Assembly (NCBI GenBank): GCA_039091855.1 | Contig: JAWCLA010000004.1 | Location: 14,045 to 37,332 of the forward strand | Length of the DNA: 23,288 bases | From: Candidatus Aenigmatarchaeota archaeon | GTDB lineage: Archaea; Aenigmatarchaeota; Aenigmatarchaeia; QMZP01 | Reading direction: 5' to 3' | In this document: in pieces, positions 1 through 7,798 of the stretch | How the letters are laid out: every line of letters starts with the position of its first letter | Position numbering within the stretch: position 1 is the first letter of the stretch | Made by a program: the position numbers and the translations under genes | Notes under the pieces: generated by a model | Database searches by the model: none | Told to the model about the DNA's origin: nothing | Seen by the model: only the letters and a program-made list of their open reading frames with translations

Positions 1-2
1 GG

Positions 3-659
3 AAGTGCGTGACAGAGAACATAGGGATTGAGAAGATTGTTAAAAACGTGGTGTCCAATCCTAACATAAGATACATGATAATATGCGGAAAGGTTCCGAT
101 GGGACATTTCGTTGACAACGCGATAATTTCCCTCATAGACAACGGTGTGGACGAGGAAGGGAGGATCATAGGTGCAAGGGGCGGAATTCCTGTCGTGAAA
201 AATCTCTCCAATGAGGAGATAGAGAGGTTCAGGAAGCAGGTCATTCCAATCAACATGGCAGGAGAGACTGACACAAAGAAGGTTATGGAAAGGGTTGAGG
301 AGCTTTTTGAGAGGAATCCCGGACCTTTTGAGGGAGGGCCTCTCTCTGTTTCGGAAGAGATACAGAGGGTTGAGGCACATCACACAGAAAGGGACTATGT
401 GGCTGATCCCAATGGATATTTCACAATTCATCCCAACAAGGAAAAAGGTGAGATTGTTGTCCACCACCATAACATAAATGGGAAAATCACAAAGATTGTG
501 GCAGGAAAAACAGCTGAGGAGATATACCACACAGTAGTTCGGCTCGGGCTTGTTTCCAGGATGGAGCACGCCGCATATCTTGGAAGGGAGCTCGCGAAAG
601 CCGAGCTCGCTTTGAGGAAAAACCTGGATTACGAGCAGGACAGGGAACTTGATTTTTGA
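3..659 (+). CDS. MtrA/MtxA-like corrinoid-binding domain fused to a C-terminal DUF4346-like domain (5'-truncated by the window)
   Basis: Frame is open from nt 3 (KCVTENIGIEKIVKNVVSNPNIRYMIICG..GH..LIDNGVDEEGRIIGARGGIP..IERFRKQV), matching MtrA motifs including the GH cobalt ligand. The C-terminal DPNGYFTI...HAAYLGRELAKAE...YEQD is the DUF4346 signature. Confidence 0.85.
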   Translation, partial: KCVTENIGIEKIVKNVVSNPNIRYMIICGKVPMGHFVDNAIISLIDNGVDEEGRIIGARGGIPVVKNLSNEEIERFRKQVIPINMAGETDTKKVMERVEELFERNPGPFEGGPLSVSEEIQRVEAHHTERDYVADPNGYFTIHPNKEKGEIVVHHHNINGKITKIVAGKTAEEIYHTVVRLGLVSRMEHAAYLGRELAKAELALRKNLDYEQDRELDF

Positions 660-686
660 AATGTGTTATTTAAAGGAGGTATGTAA

Positions 687-1463
687 ATGGAGAGGCAAAA
701 CGTTCCATACAAACCGCTTGTGGTAAGCGGGGAGACGCTTGGAGAAGCTTGGGAAAAATCGGTAAGGATGATGATGGAACAAGGATACAACAGGTTTGTC
801 AAGGCTCCGGAATACCAGACATGGACGAAAGATTCGCCTATGTTCATAATGGTTTCGGACCCAATGAAGGAGCCGAGGCTTTCCCCAAAGGCTCCTATAA
901 CAAGAAGCATGGCAGAGGAGTATGCGCACAGTTTGATACACGGTCATTCAAAGGACAAGGAGAACAGCTTTGAGTACACCTATTACGCGAGACTGAGGCA
1001 CTATCCTGACTGTCTCGTGAGGGCTGGCGCACCGCACGTTGCGGACGAGCATCAGAACAGAGAGTATATCCATAAGGTTTCCGGTGGGAAGTGCATAATG
1101 CAGCGGCTTGACCAAGTTGAGGAGGCAATAAAAATATTCAGGAAAGACCCAACAAGGAGGACAGTGGTTTTGCACACGTGGATTCCTTTCAGGGATTTGG
1201 CAAAGTTCACTCCCGAGAGGATAGACACATCCTCGCCCTGCCTGGTAATAATGCATCCTCAGGTTGTTGAGGAAAAGCTGCATATGAATGTGGTTATGAA
1301 GACTAATGACTTGTACAGCGCCTGGCCGGGGAATGCATACGCTTTCACTGCGCTGCAGAAGTATATGGCTGACGAACTTGGAATAGGAGTTGGGCACTAC
1401 AACCATTTCTCGGTGAGCATGCAGGTTTACGAGGAGGTTTACGAGGCGGCAAGAGGGGTTTAA
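687..1463 (+). CDS. thyA: Thymidylate synthase (ThyA-fold), archaeal type, with atypical motifs
   Basis: F-x-YTY..RL, DQV..P-T-RR, catalytic PC, MKTND (canonical MRSND), WPGN, SMQVY (canonical SAHIY). SD aggagg upstream. Confidence 0.8.
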   Translation: MERQNVPYKPLVVSGETLGEAWEKSVRMMMEQGYNRFVKAPEYQTWTKDSPMFIMVSDPMKEPRLSPKAPITRSMAEEYAHSLIHGHSKDKENSFEYTYYARLRHYPDCLVRAGAPHVADEHQNREYIHKVSGGKCIMQRLDQVEEAIKIFRKDPTRRTVVLHTWIPFRDLAKFTPERIDTSSPCLVIMHPQVVEEKLHMNVVMKTNDLYSAWPGNAYAFTALQKYMADELGIGVGHYNHFSVSMQVYEEVYEAARGV

Positions 1464-1472
1464 TCTATCCTA

Positions 1473-1673
1473 TTAAATCATTAACTTTTGACACATCCAA
1501 TGCAACTCAAATGGGGATTCTCTTTTGGAACTTTCAATCGACTTGTAAACAGGACACTCCACTTCACAGTTATCTATTTTTGTTTTGTATATGCAGTTAT
1601 CAAGAGCCAAAAGCCCGTGGTTTATGCAGTGCTTCCAGAAAATGCAGTCTTCAGGAGAATTTACCCTTTTCAT
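1473..1673 (-). CDS. Small Cys-rich hypothetical protein (66 aa)
   Basis: ATG-started ORF filling the gap between thyA and the methyltransferase, co-directional with the latter. 6 Cys and 3 His. No family recognised. Confidence 0.45.
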   Translation of the reverse strand: MKRVNSPEDCIFWKHCINHGLLALDNCIYKTKIDNCEVECPVYKSIESSKRESPFELHWMCQKLMI

Positions 1674-1713
1674 TTAACTCTTTTCATTTTTGGTAGAAAA
1701 CAATTTAAGCATT

Positions 1714-2967
1714 TCATTTAGGGATGAAATTCCTTTTTGTGTACCTGAGCTCCGGAATGTCCTCCGGCTTTGATTGCGGTTCCGGAACCTTCTCGAAAAC
1801 CCAGATTTCTCGGATTGTCCTGTGCCTTTTCTCCTTGTCTATGTAAGGAAACGAGCCCTTAATGTTGTGCTTTGCAAGTATGTTTACAGGCTTCAGCCCG
1901 ACCTTTGCTGCCATCCTTTCAGCCTCAAGATGCGCGAAATGCTCGCCGAACTCAAACCTCGGGAATACCATACAAGCCCTTCCCTTTGGTTTGAGGAGAA
2001 CGGAGAACTCCCTCAGGGATTTTTCGTAAAGGGTTTTTAGTCCCCGGAGTATTGACTCCGCCTTGTTCTCGTCAGGCTGGATTTCAAGGGGCGGCCCCAA
2101 GTATGGCTCTGTGACTATTGCGTCTATTGATTTTGGCTCAAACACCCTCGAAAGTTTTGTTGCGTCCAGTTTAAGGATTTTTTTCTGCAGGTCCGGCAAG
2201 GGAATGTTATAATCCCTTGAAAGCCAAGTCAGGTTTGATATGGTGTCCATGACGCACTCCTCATCAATGTCACTCCCCCAAACATCAAAGCCCATAAGGG
2301 AGGCTTCCTGAAGTATTGTGCCTATTCCACAGAACGGGTCAAGAAGTTTGCCCTCACTCAACCCTGTGAGGTTTATCATTATCCTTGCGAGACGCGGTGG
2401 TATTGAAAAAATCGGCCTCTGCTCAGGGCGGAAAATGTCGCGCTTCTGGAACTCAAAGGGGTTGTGGACAGAGATTGTTTTCCCGAGATGTATTTTTTTC
2501 TTGGTGACGCATATGACAGCTTCCTCCAAGCCCTTTTTTATCACCTCTACGTGTGTGAGCGCGCTCCTGTTTTTCGGAATGGGCATGAACTTGGAATTGA
2601 TGCCGGACTCCCTGAGGTTTTTCTTTATGGCCTTTGCGAAGTGCTGAAAGAACTTGTTGTTCTTCCTGCTGTCTGGATATATGCTAACGCCGAACACCCT
2701 TGTTCTCGGAAGGTCGCTGACTGGTATGTTTTCGAAGATGCTCTCCGGGCGGAGTGTCGGCTTCCTGTCAAACGACTCCACAAGCCTGCAAACCTTTATC
2801 ATCCCTCCGAGGTGGTTGGCGTCCGGGGTTTTCTCTGCCTCTGCCGTGATAAAACCGTTTCCTATCTCAGCAATCCTGAAGTAACAATCATTTGAATCAT
2901 ACCAGGAGACAAGCTCGGCGAGGGACAGGTTGGGGTTTTTCCCGGGGATGAAAATGCAGCGGTTCAT
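1714..2967 (-). CDS. Trm11/TrmG10-like SAM-dependent tRNA methyltransferase (UPF0020 RNA methylase family)
   Basis: SIPPRLARIMINL, motif I LLDPFCGIGTILQEA, GSDID, LDAT, motif IV-like IVTEPYLG. SD aggag upstream. Confidence 0.8.
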   Translation of the reverse strand: MNRCIFIPGKNPNLSLAELVSWYDSNDCYFRIAEIGNGFITAEAEKTPDANHLGGMIKVCRLVESFDRKPTLRPESIFENIPVSDLPRTRVFGVSIYPDSRKNNKFFQHFAKAIKKNLRESGINSKFMPIPKNRSALTHVEVIKKGLEEAVICVTKKKIHLGKTISVHNPFEFQKRDIFRPEQRPIFSIPPRLARIMINLTGLSEGKLLDPFCGIGTILQEASLMGFDVWGSDIDEECVMDTISNLTWLSRDYNIPLPDLQKKILKLDATKLSRVFEPKSIDAIVTEPYLGPPLEIQPDENKAESILRGLKTLYEKSLREFSVLLKPKGRACMVFPRFEFGEHFAHLEAERMAAKVGLKPVNILAKHNIKGSFPYIDKEKRHRTIREIWVFEKVPEPQSKPEDIPELRYTKRNFIPK

Positions 2968-3023
2968 ATCTCTCCTTAAATAGTTGATTTTTGAATATTA
3001 TAAAGAAAGTTTGCAGGTGTGCT

Positions 3024-3584
3024 ATGATACTTCCAGACCACGAGATTAAGAAACTCCTTAAAGAGGGAAAGCTTGTCATAGAGCCGCTTGATGACCCTGA
3101 GACGCAGATACAGCCGGCCTGCGTGGACTTGAGGCTGGGCTCTGAGTTCAGGGTATTCAAATACACGTCAGAGGCTTTCATAGATTCGAGGAACCCGAAG
3201 GAATACACGCAGACATTTGTGACAGACGGAAAGCCTTTCATCCTTCACCCTAAGGAGTTCGTTCTCGGTATCACGAAGGAAACTATAAAGATACCGCCTG
3301 ACATTGCTGCCTATGTTGACGGAAGGTCATCGCTCGGTAGGATTGGCATAACAGCTCACATAACTTCAGGATGGGTAGATCCTGGATTTTCAGGAAGGCT
3401 TGTTCTTGAGATTTCAAACCTTGGAAAGATGCCAGTAACCCTCTATCCTGGAATGAGGATATGCAAGCTCCTTTTGTTTAGAATGAGCTCGCCCTCGGAG
3501 GTTCCATACGACAAGAGGAAGGGCGCGAAATACATAGGCCAAAAAACAGTTTTGGAGAGCAAAATACACAGCGAAAATGAATAA
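3024..3584 (+). CDS. dcd: dCTP deaminase
   Basis: MILPD.EI, IQPACVDLRLG, GRSSLGRIG, VDPGFSGRLVLEISN, LYPGMRIC. Start moved to ATG 3024 after SD caggtg. Confidence 0.95.
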   Translation: MILPDHEIKKLLKEGKLVIEPLDDPETQIQPACVDLRLGSEFRVFKYTSEAFIDSRNPKEYTQTFVTDGKPFILHPKEFVLGITKETIKIPPDIAAYVDGRSSLGRIGITAHITSGWVDPGFSGRLVLEISNLGKMPVTLYPGMRICKLLLFRMSSPSEVPYDKRKGAKYIGQKTVLESKIHSENE

Positions 3585-3588
3585 GGGT

Positions 3589-3632
3589 GTTAAATTCTTT
3601 CTATGTCTTCTCGGGTTGGGATTTAACTTTTT
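3589..3632 (+). terminator. Possible terminator after dcd (stem plus T-run)
   Basis: gttaaattc (3589-3597) pairs with ggatttaac (3619-3627), followed by TTTTT. Confidence 0.35.
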
Positions 3633-3663
3633 CATCAAAAAGCCTTTTAAGTTAACAGCGACA

Positions 3664-3680
3664 AAAGAAACGCTTATAAG
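3664..3680 (+). promoter_or_regulatory. Putative BRE/TATA promoter for rpl10e
   Basis: Purine-rich aaagaaa followed by cttataag, about 65 nt upstream of the start codon. Confidence 0.4.
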
Positions 3681-3745
3681 CACTTCTATTCTATTATTTT
3701 CACAGTTGAAGTTGGTTTATCAACGTCTTTCCAATCGGTGATTTT

Positions 3746-4270
3746 ATGGCGCTCAGACCGGCGAAATGCTACAGGACTGTGAAAAGGCCTTGGACAAGGC
3801 AGTCCAGAGCAAAACCCAGAAAGGGCTATGTTAAAGGTGTCCCGGGAAGCAAGATTCACAAGTTTGAGATGGGAGACCCGAAGAAACCATACTCACTTAG
3901 GGGGTTCCTTGTTTCGGAAAGCGACGTGCAGATAAGGCACAATGCGCTGGAAGCAGGAAGGGTTGCTGCCAACAAGGCGATGGACAAGATGGTAGGTGCA
4001 GATACCTATTTTATGAAGATTCTGGTATATCCCCATCACGTTCTCAGGGAAAACGCCACTGCAACGGGAGCAGGCGCGGACAGGTTCCAGACAGGAATGA
4101 GGCTCGCATTCGGCAGGCCAATAGGAACGGCTGCACAGGTCAGGAAAGGGCAGAGGATAATGGAGATAAGGGCAGACAAGGAAGCAGAGGCAAAAGTTAA
4201 GGAGGCATTGAAAAGGGCTGCCGCCAAGTTCCCGACAACCTGCAGGATAGAGATTGAAAAGGCGGAATAA
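3746..4270 (+). CDS. rpl10e: 50S ribosomal protein uL16 (L10e)
   Basis: MALRPAKCYR, QIRHNALEAGRVAAN, YPHHVLREN..ATGAGADRFQTGMRLAFGRPIG. SD ggtga. Confidence 0.97.
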   Translation: MALRPAKCYRTVKRPWTRQSRAKPRKGYVKGVPGSKIHKFEMGDPKKPYSLRGFLVSESDVQIRHNALEAGRVAANKAMDKMVGADTYFMKILVYPHHVLRENATATGAGADRFQTGMRLAFGRPIGTAAQVRKGQRIMEIRADKEAEAKVKEALKRAAAKFPTTCRIEIEKAE

Positions 4271-4273
4271 AGG

Positions 4274-4548
4274 TTGTTGGGTGTTTCATTTTTAACGTAT
4301 GCGATTAAGAGAAGTTTTGCGTGACCAAAATTTTGGAGATCGCAAAGTCCCTCTTAATCGCTGTTCAACAACTGAAACCGAAGCGTGAGTTGAGGCACCA
4401 ACTGCCGAAAAGCTGTGGGGTGCAGCCATCGGTCTTTAGTTGTTTCTTGTTGTCCAGAATGCCATTCTGGGAAAGTTGGGCACAATAAAACTAATTGTTT
4501 GTCCACAACATATTTCCCAGAACCAGTAAGAAAAACATCAGCCAACAA
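4274..4548 (+). ncRNA. Candidate ~275-nt multi-domain structured RNA of unknown family
   Basis: Closing stem 4274-4286/4533-4548. Internal stems 4301-4311/4351-4361 (11 bp perfect), 4367-4381/4429-4444 and 4465-4474/4513-4522 (10 bp perfect). G-U pairs favour the + strand. Confidence 0.45.
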
Positions 4549-4577
4549 ATAACTTAAAGAATCTGTAAATAGACAGT

Positions 4578-5828
4578 TCATCCTACCATTACATTCATAA
4601 ATGCCTTTGCTATCATCTCCTCCTCATACCCTGCATTCAGAAGGTCTCTTGTTATTTTTTCCCTGCTCTCGTTTCTTCGCAGGCTCTCGAGTATGTGCTC
4701 CTTTATTATTTCAATGTCATCAAACTCGTTTGGTGCTGGGGGAGGCAATGGGTAAGTTGGATATGGCTTCCTTTGGACAGTGGACTCCCTGAGCTTTGTG
4801 AATATGTTGCCCTTTTCATACGAGGGTTTTGGTGGGGAAAAGGTTTCAGGCTCAGGCGCAACATACCTTGGGCCTGGCCTTGGCGCGGGTGGTATCTCCC
4901 TCTTTGGCGGTGGAAGAAGCTTTTCCATCTCCTCCTCAGGCGTTGGTTTTGGCTTCTCGTGTTTTGTTTGAAATGGCTCAACCTTCTTCTCCCTGAATGC
5001 TGGCTTTTGGCTTTCTCTCAGAATTTCTTTTCCCCTTTCCTCATAAACCCTTCTTTCAAGGGAATTAAGCCTCATATCGAGATGCTTTATCCCGTCCATA
5101 TAATAGTTTGAAAGTTTTTGCACCCTGTCTGTAAGCTGCGTTATCACATCGTTCAATTCCTTCACTCTCTGCTCAAACCCGCTTGCAATCTGCCTTATGC
5201 CTTCGGTGTCTGGCTTGTCCTTTTGCTGCCCGAGAGATTTTACCTTGTCGTCAAGCTGCGAGATTTTTTCAACTATTGCCTTTATCTCTCCCTTGTCTTT
5301 TTCGGGCGCTGCTTTTAAGCCCTCAATCTTGTCATACATCTGCTCAAGGACTCCCTCTATTTCATCGAACCTTTTGCCGAAATCCGAATTCTGCTTCTCC
5401 AAAGCCGAAACCCTGTCTATTATCTCCCTGATTGCGTCAGAGTATCCCTTGCCTGAGGATTTTTCTGTCCGCAGCTCAACAAAATCCTTGTGGAGATTGT
5501 TCACCTTGTCAGTGAAGATCTCAACCGCCTGCATAATCTCCTCGTTCCTGTTCCTCAGCTCAATCACCTGCTTTTCCAGAGATTCTGACTTTTCCACAAG
5601 CTCCATTAATCTTTTCTTGGCTTGCTTGTCCTCACTGCCTTCAACCAATGACCTATTAAACTCAGCCATTACTGCCTTTTTATCCGATATGGTTTTTTTG
5701 GGTGGTGGGGGTATGTCCTGCTTTTTTAATGCGATTTCAGAAACAGCTGGTTTTTTTGGCTTTTCAACAGACGCTGGCTTTTTAGTTTTTTCGGAATCCT
5801 TTTGCTTGGAGAGTTTTTTTGATTTCAT
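4578..5828 (-). CDS. Coiled-coil hypothetical protein with a Pro-rich linker and a short C-terminal helical domain
   Basis: 416-aa ORF with a Lys-rich N-terminus, a long heptad-patterned middle, a Pro-rich segment and C-terminal IKEHILESLRRNESREKITRDLLNAGYEEEMIAKAF. Confidence 0.8.
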   Translation of the reverse strand: MKSKKLSKQKDSEKTKKPASVEKPKKPAVSEIALKKQDIPPPPKKTISDKKAVMAEFNRSLVEGSEDKQAKKRLMELVEKSESLEKQVIELRNRNEEIMQAVEIFTDKVNNLHKDFVELRTEKSSGKGYSDAIREIIDRVSALEKQNSDFGKRFDEIEGVLEQMYDKIEGLKAAPEKDKGEIKAIVEKISQLDDKVKSLGQQKDKPDTEGIRQIASGFEQRVKELNDVITQLTDRVQKLSNYYMDGIKHLDMRLNSLERRVYEERGKEILRESQKPAFREKKVEPFQTKHEKPKPTPEEEMEKLLPPPKREIPPAPRPGPRYVAPEPETFSPPKPSYEKGNIFTKLRESTVQRKPYPTYPLPPPAPNEFDDIEIIKEHILESLRRNESREKITRDLLNAGYEEEMIAKAFMNVMVG

Positions 5829-5943
5829 TCCAAAAACCCTTTAGTTTTTTACCTATTATATTTGGTATATATAAAATAAGTGGTGCTTTGAGAATTGTAA
5901 GGCTTTTCTCAATCTTTTATATTTGCAAAACAGAATTATGCTC

Positions 5944-7605
5944 ATGAAGGATTTGATACTGAAATATGCACTTCAGAACGCTGTTTTTTATAACGGCAAG
6001 GCTGACCCCAAAGCCGTTCTCGGAAAGGTGATGGCAGGGGAGCCTGAGCTGAGGAAAAGGATAGAGGAAGTCAGAAAGGAAATAGAAAAAGCGATAGAAA
6101 AGGTTAACAGCCTTTCCCTTGAAGAGCAGAGAAAAATGCTTGAAAAGATTGCGCCCGAGCTTCTTCAAAAGGAGGAAAGGAAGCAGGAAGGGCTTCCCGA
6201 ACTGCCTGGTGCAAAAATGGGAAAGGTAGTCACGAGGTTTGCACCTTCACCGACAGGGCCGCTGAACATATCCCACGTATTGAGGGCTGTGATGCTTAAC
6301 TACCTTTACGCGAAGAAGTACAAAGGAAGATTCATCCTCAGGATTGAGGACACAGACCCATCCAAAATAGGCACTGAATATTACGATATGATAAAAAGCG
6401 ACCTAAGAAGCATAGGGGTTAAGCCTGACAAAATAGTTGTGCAGTCAGAAAGGATGAAAAGGTATTACAAGTACGCAGAGCTCCTAATAAGAAGGGGGAA
6501 GATTTTTGCCTGCTTCTGCCCGTCTGAAAAATTCAGAAACCTTAAAGAAAAAAAGAAAAGCTGCCCTGACGAGAACTCCACTCCTTCCCGAAACCTCAAG
6601 GCTTGGAATTACGCACTGAAGGGAAAGTACAAAGAGGGTGAGGTTGTTTTCAGGCTGAGGACATCAATGAGCGAGCCAAATCCCGCTCTGAGGAACCCTC
6701 CAATGCTGAGGGTATGTGATGACAGGCATCCGATTCAGGGAAGCAAGTACAAGGTATGGCCGCTTTACAATTACGCAAATGTGATTGACGACCACGAGCT
6801 CAAGGTCACTCACGTGTTCAGGGGAAAGGAACACGAGCACAACACAGCGATACAGAAAAGGCTCTATGATGCCTTGAAATGGAAGCCGCCTGTTGTTTTG
6901 AACTTTGGGATGATATACCTTCCTGGGGAAAAGATTCACACAAGGGACATAAGGGAGTGGATAAGGGAGAAAAGGGTTTCTGGTTGGGACGACCCAAAGC
7001 TTCACACCATCAGGGCATTGTTAAGGAGAGGCTTTCTCCCAAAGACATTCCAGCTTCTTTCCATACAGACAGGGCTTTCAAAGACTGACATAAGGCTAAG
7101 TTGGGAGAACATAGAGGGAGTAAACAGGAAGGTCATAGACCCTGTCGCAAACAGGTACATGGTTGTCACAGAGCCTGTCAGGATATCGGTTATGTCTGCT
7201 CCTGAAATAAGGGAAGTTTACGAGCCCTTGCACCCGGACTTTCCGAGAAGGGGGAGGAAAAAAATTCCCGTTGACCTCAAACAGATATGGATTTCTGGCG
7301 AGGACTTCAGGAACCTTCAGGGGAAGGAGTTCAGGCTCAAGGGACTTGGAAACATTCATTTAAGGGGAAATGAAGGCTATTACACAGGAAACCAGATCTT
7401 GGGTGACATGCAAAAAATCCAGTGGGTTTCGGAGCCTAATGTTAAGGTTAATATTGTAAAGCCTGAAAAAACTATAGAAGGGCTTGGAGAGCCGAACCTC
7501 TTGAAGCTTAAGCCTGGGGCTCTCATACAGATGGAAAGGATTGGCTTTGGAAAGGTTGACAGAGTTAGCAAAAATGAAGTTGTGATATTCTTCGCCCATA
7601 AATAA
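5944..7605 (+). CDS. gltX: Glutamate--tRNA ligase, archaeal type
   Basis: KYALQNA, VVTRFAPSPTGPL, FILRIEDTDP, WPLYNYANVIDDH..THVFRGKEH, SGWDDPKL.T, IQMERIGF. Start taken at ATG 5944. Confidence 0.95.
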   Translation: MKDLILKYALQNAVFYNGKADPKAVLGKVMAGEPELRKRIEEVRKEIEKAIEKVNSLSLEEQRKMLEKIAPELLQKEERKQEGLPELPGAKMGKVVTRFAPSPTGPLNISHVLRAVMLNYLYAKKYKGRFILRIEDTDPSKIGTEYYDMIKSDLRSIGVKPDKIVVQSERMKRYYKYAELLIRRGKIFACFCPSEKFRNLKEKKKSCPDENSTPSRNLKAWNYALKGKYKEGEVVFRLRTSMSEPNPALRNPPMLRVCDDRHPIQGSKYKVWPLYNYANVIDDHELKVTHVFRGKEHEHNTAIQKRLYDALKWKPPVVLNFGMIYLPGEKIHTRDIREWIREKRVSGWDDPKLHTIRALLRRGFLPKTFQLLSIQTGLSKTDIRLSWENIEGVNRKVIDPVANRYMVVTEPVRISVMSAPEIREVYEPLHPDFPRRGRKKIPVDLKQIWISGEDFRNLQGKEFRLKGLGNIHLRGNEGYYTGNQILGDMQKIQWVSEPNVKVNIVKPEKTIEGLGEPNLLKLKPGALIQMERIGFGKVDRVSKNEVVIFFAHK

Positions 7606-7686
7606 GTTCAAGAATGATTTTATTCAAAGGTTTTTAGCTTGCTATATCAAGACAATAGCATAGTTCCGGTAAAGTTTTTTGCGTTC

Positions 7687-7713
7687 CAAAGCCTTTTTTG
7701 AAAAAAGGCTTTG
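7687..7713. repeat. Perfect 13-bp inverted repeat (hairpin; possible terminator or attenuator)
   Basis: caaagcctttttt-g-aaaaaaggctttg followed by tttt, between gltX and the MgtE-domain gene. Confidence 0.7.
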
Positions 7714-7798
7714 TTTTGCGCACAAATAAAAGCAACTGAATACAAAATATAACTATTTCTGTCATTCTCTGTTCATTGGCATTATTTGGGCTGGGAGT

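Noticed and set aside
3-659. MtrA as evidence of methanogenesis
   Set aside because: No membrane anchor and no neighbouring mtr genes in view; the DUF4346 fusion and thyA context point elsewhere.
4359-4444. Resemblance of gctgttcaacaactgaa...tagttg to group I intron J6/7-P7
   Set aside because: The G-binding G-C pair, the P3 pseudoknot and the P4 elements are missing, and no interrupted host gene is present.
4354-4581. 75-aa minus-strand ORF in the rpl10e downstream gap
   Set aside because: No recognisable motif, and the extensive nested complementarity is better explained as RNA structure. Not fully excluded because it overlaps the upstream stop by ATGA.
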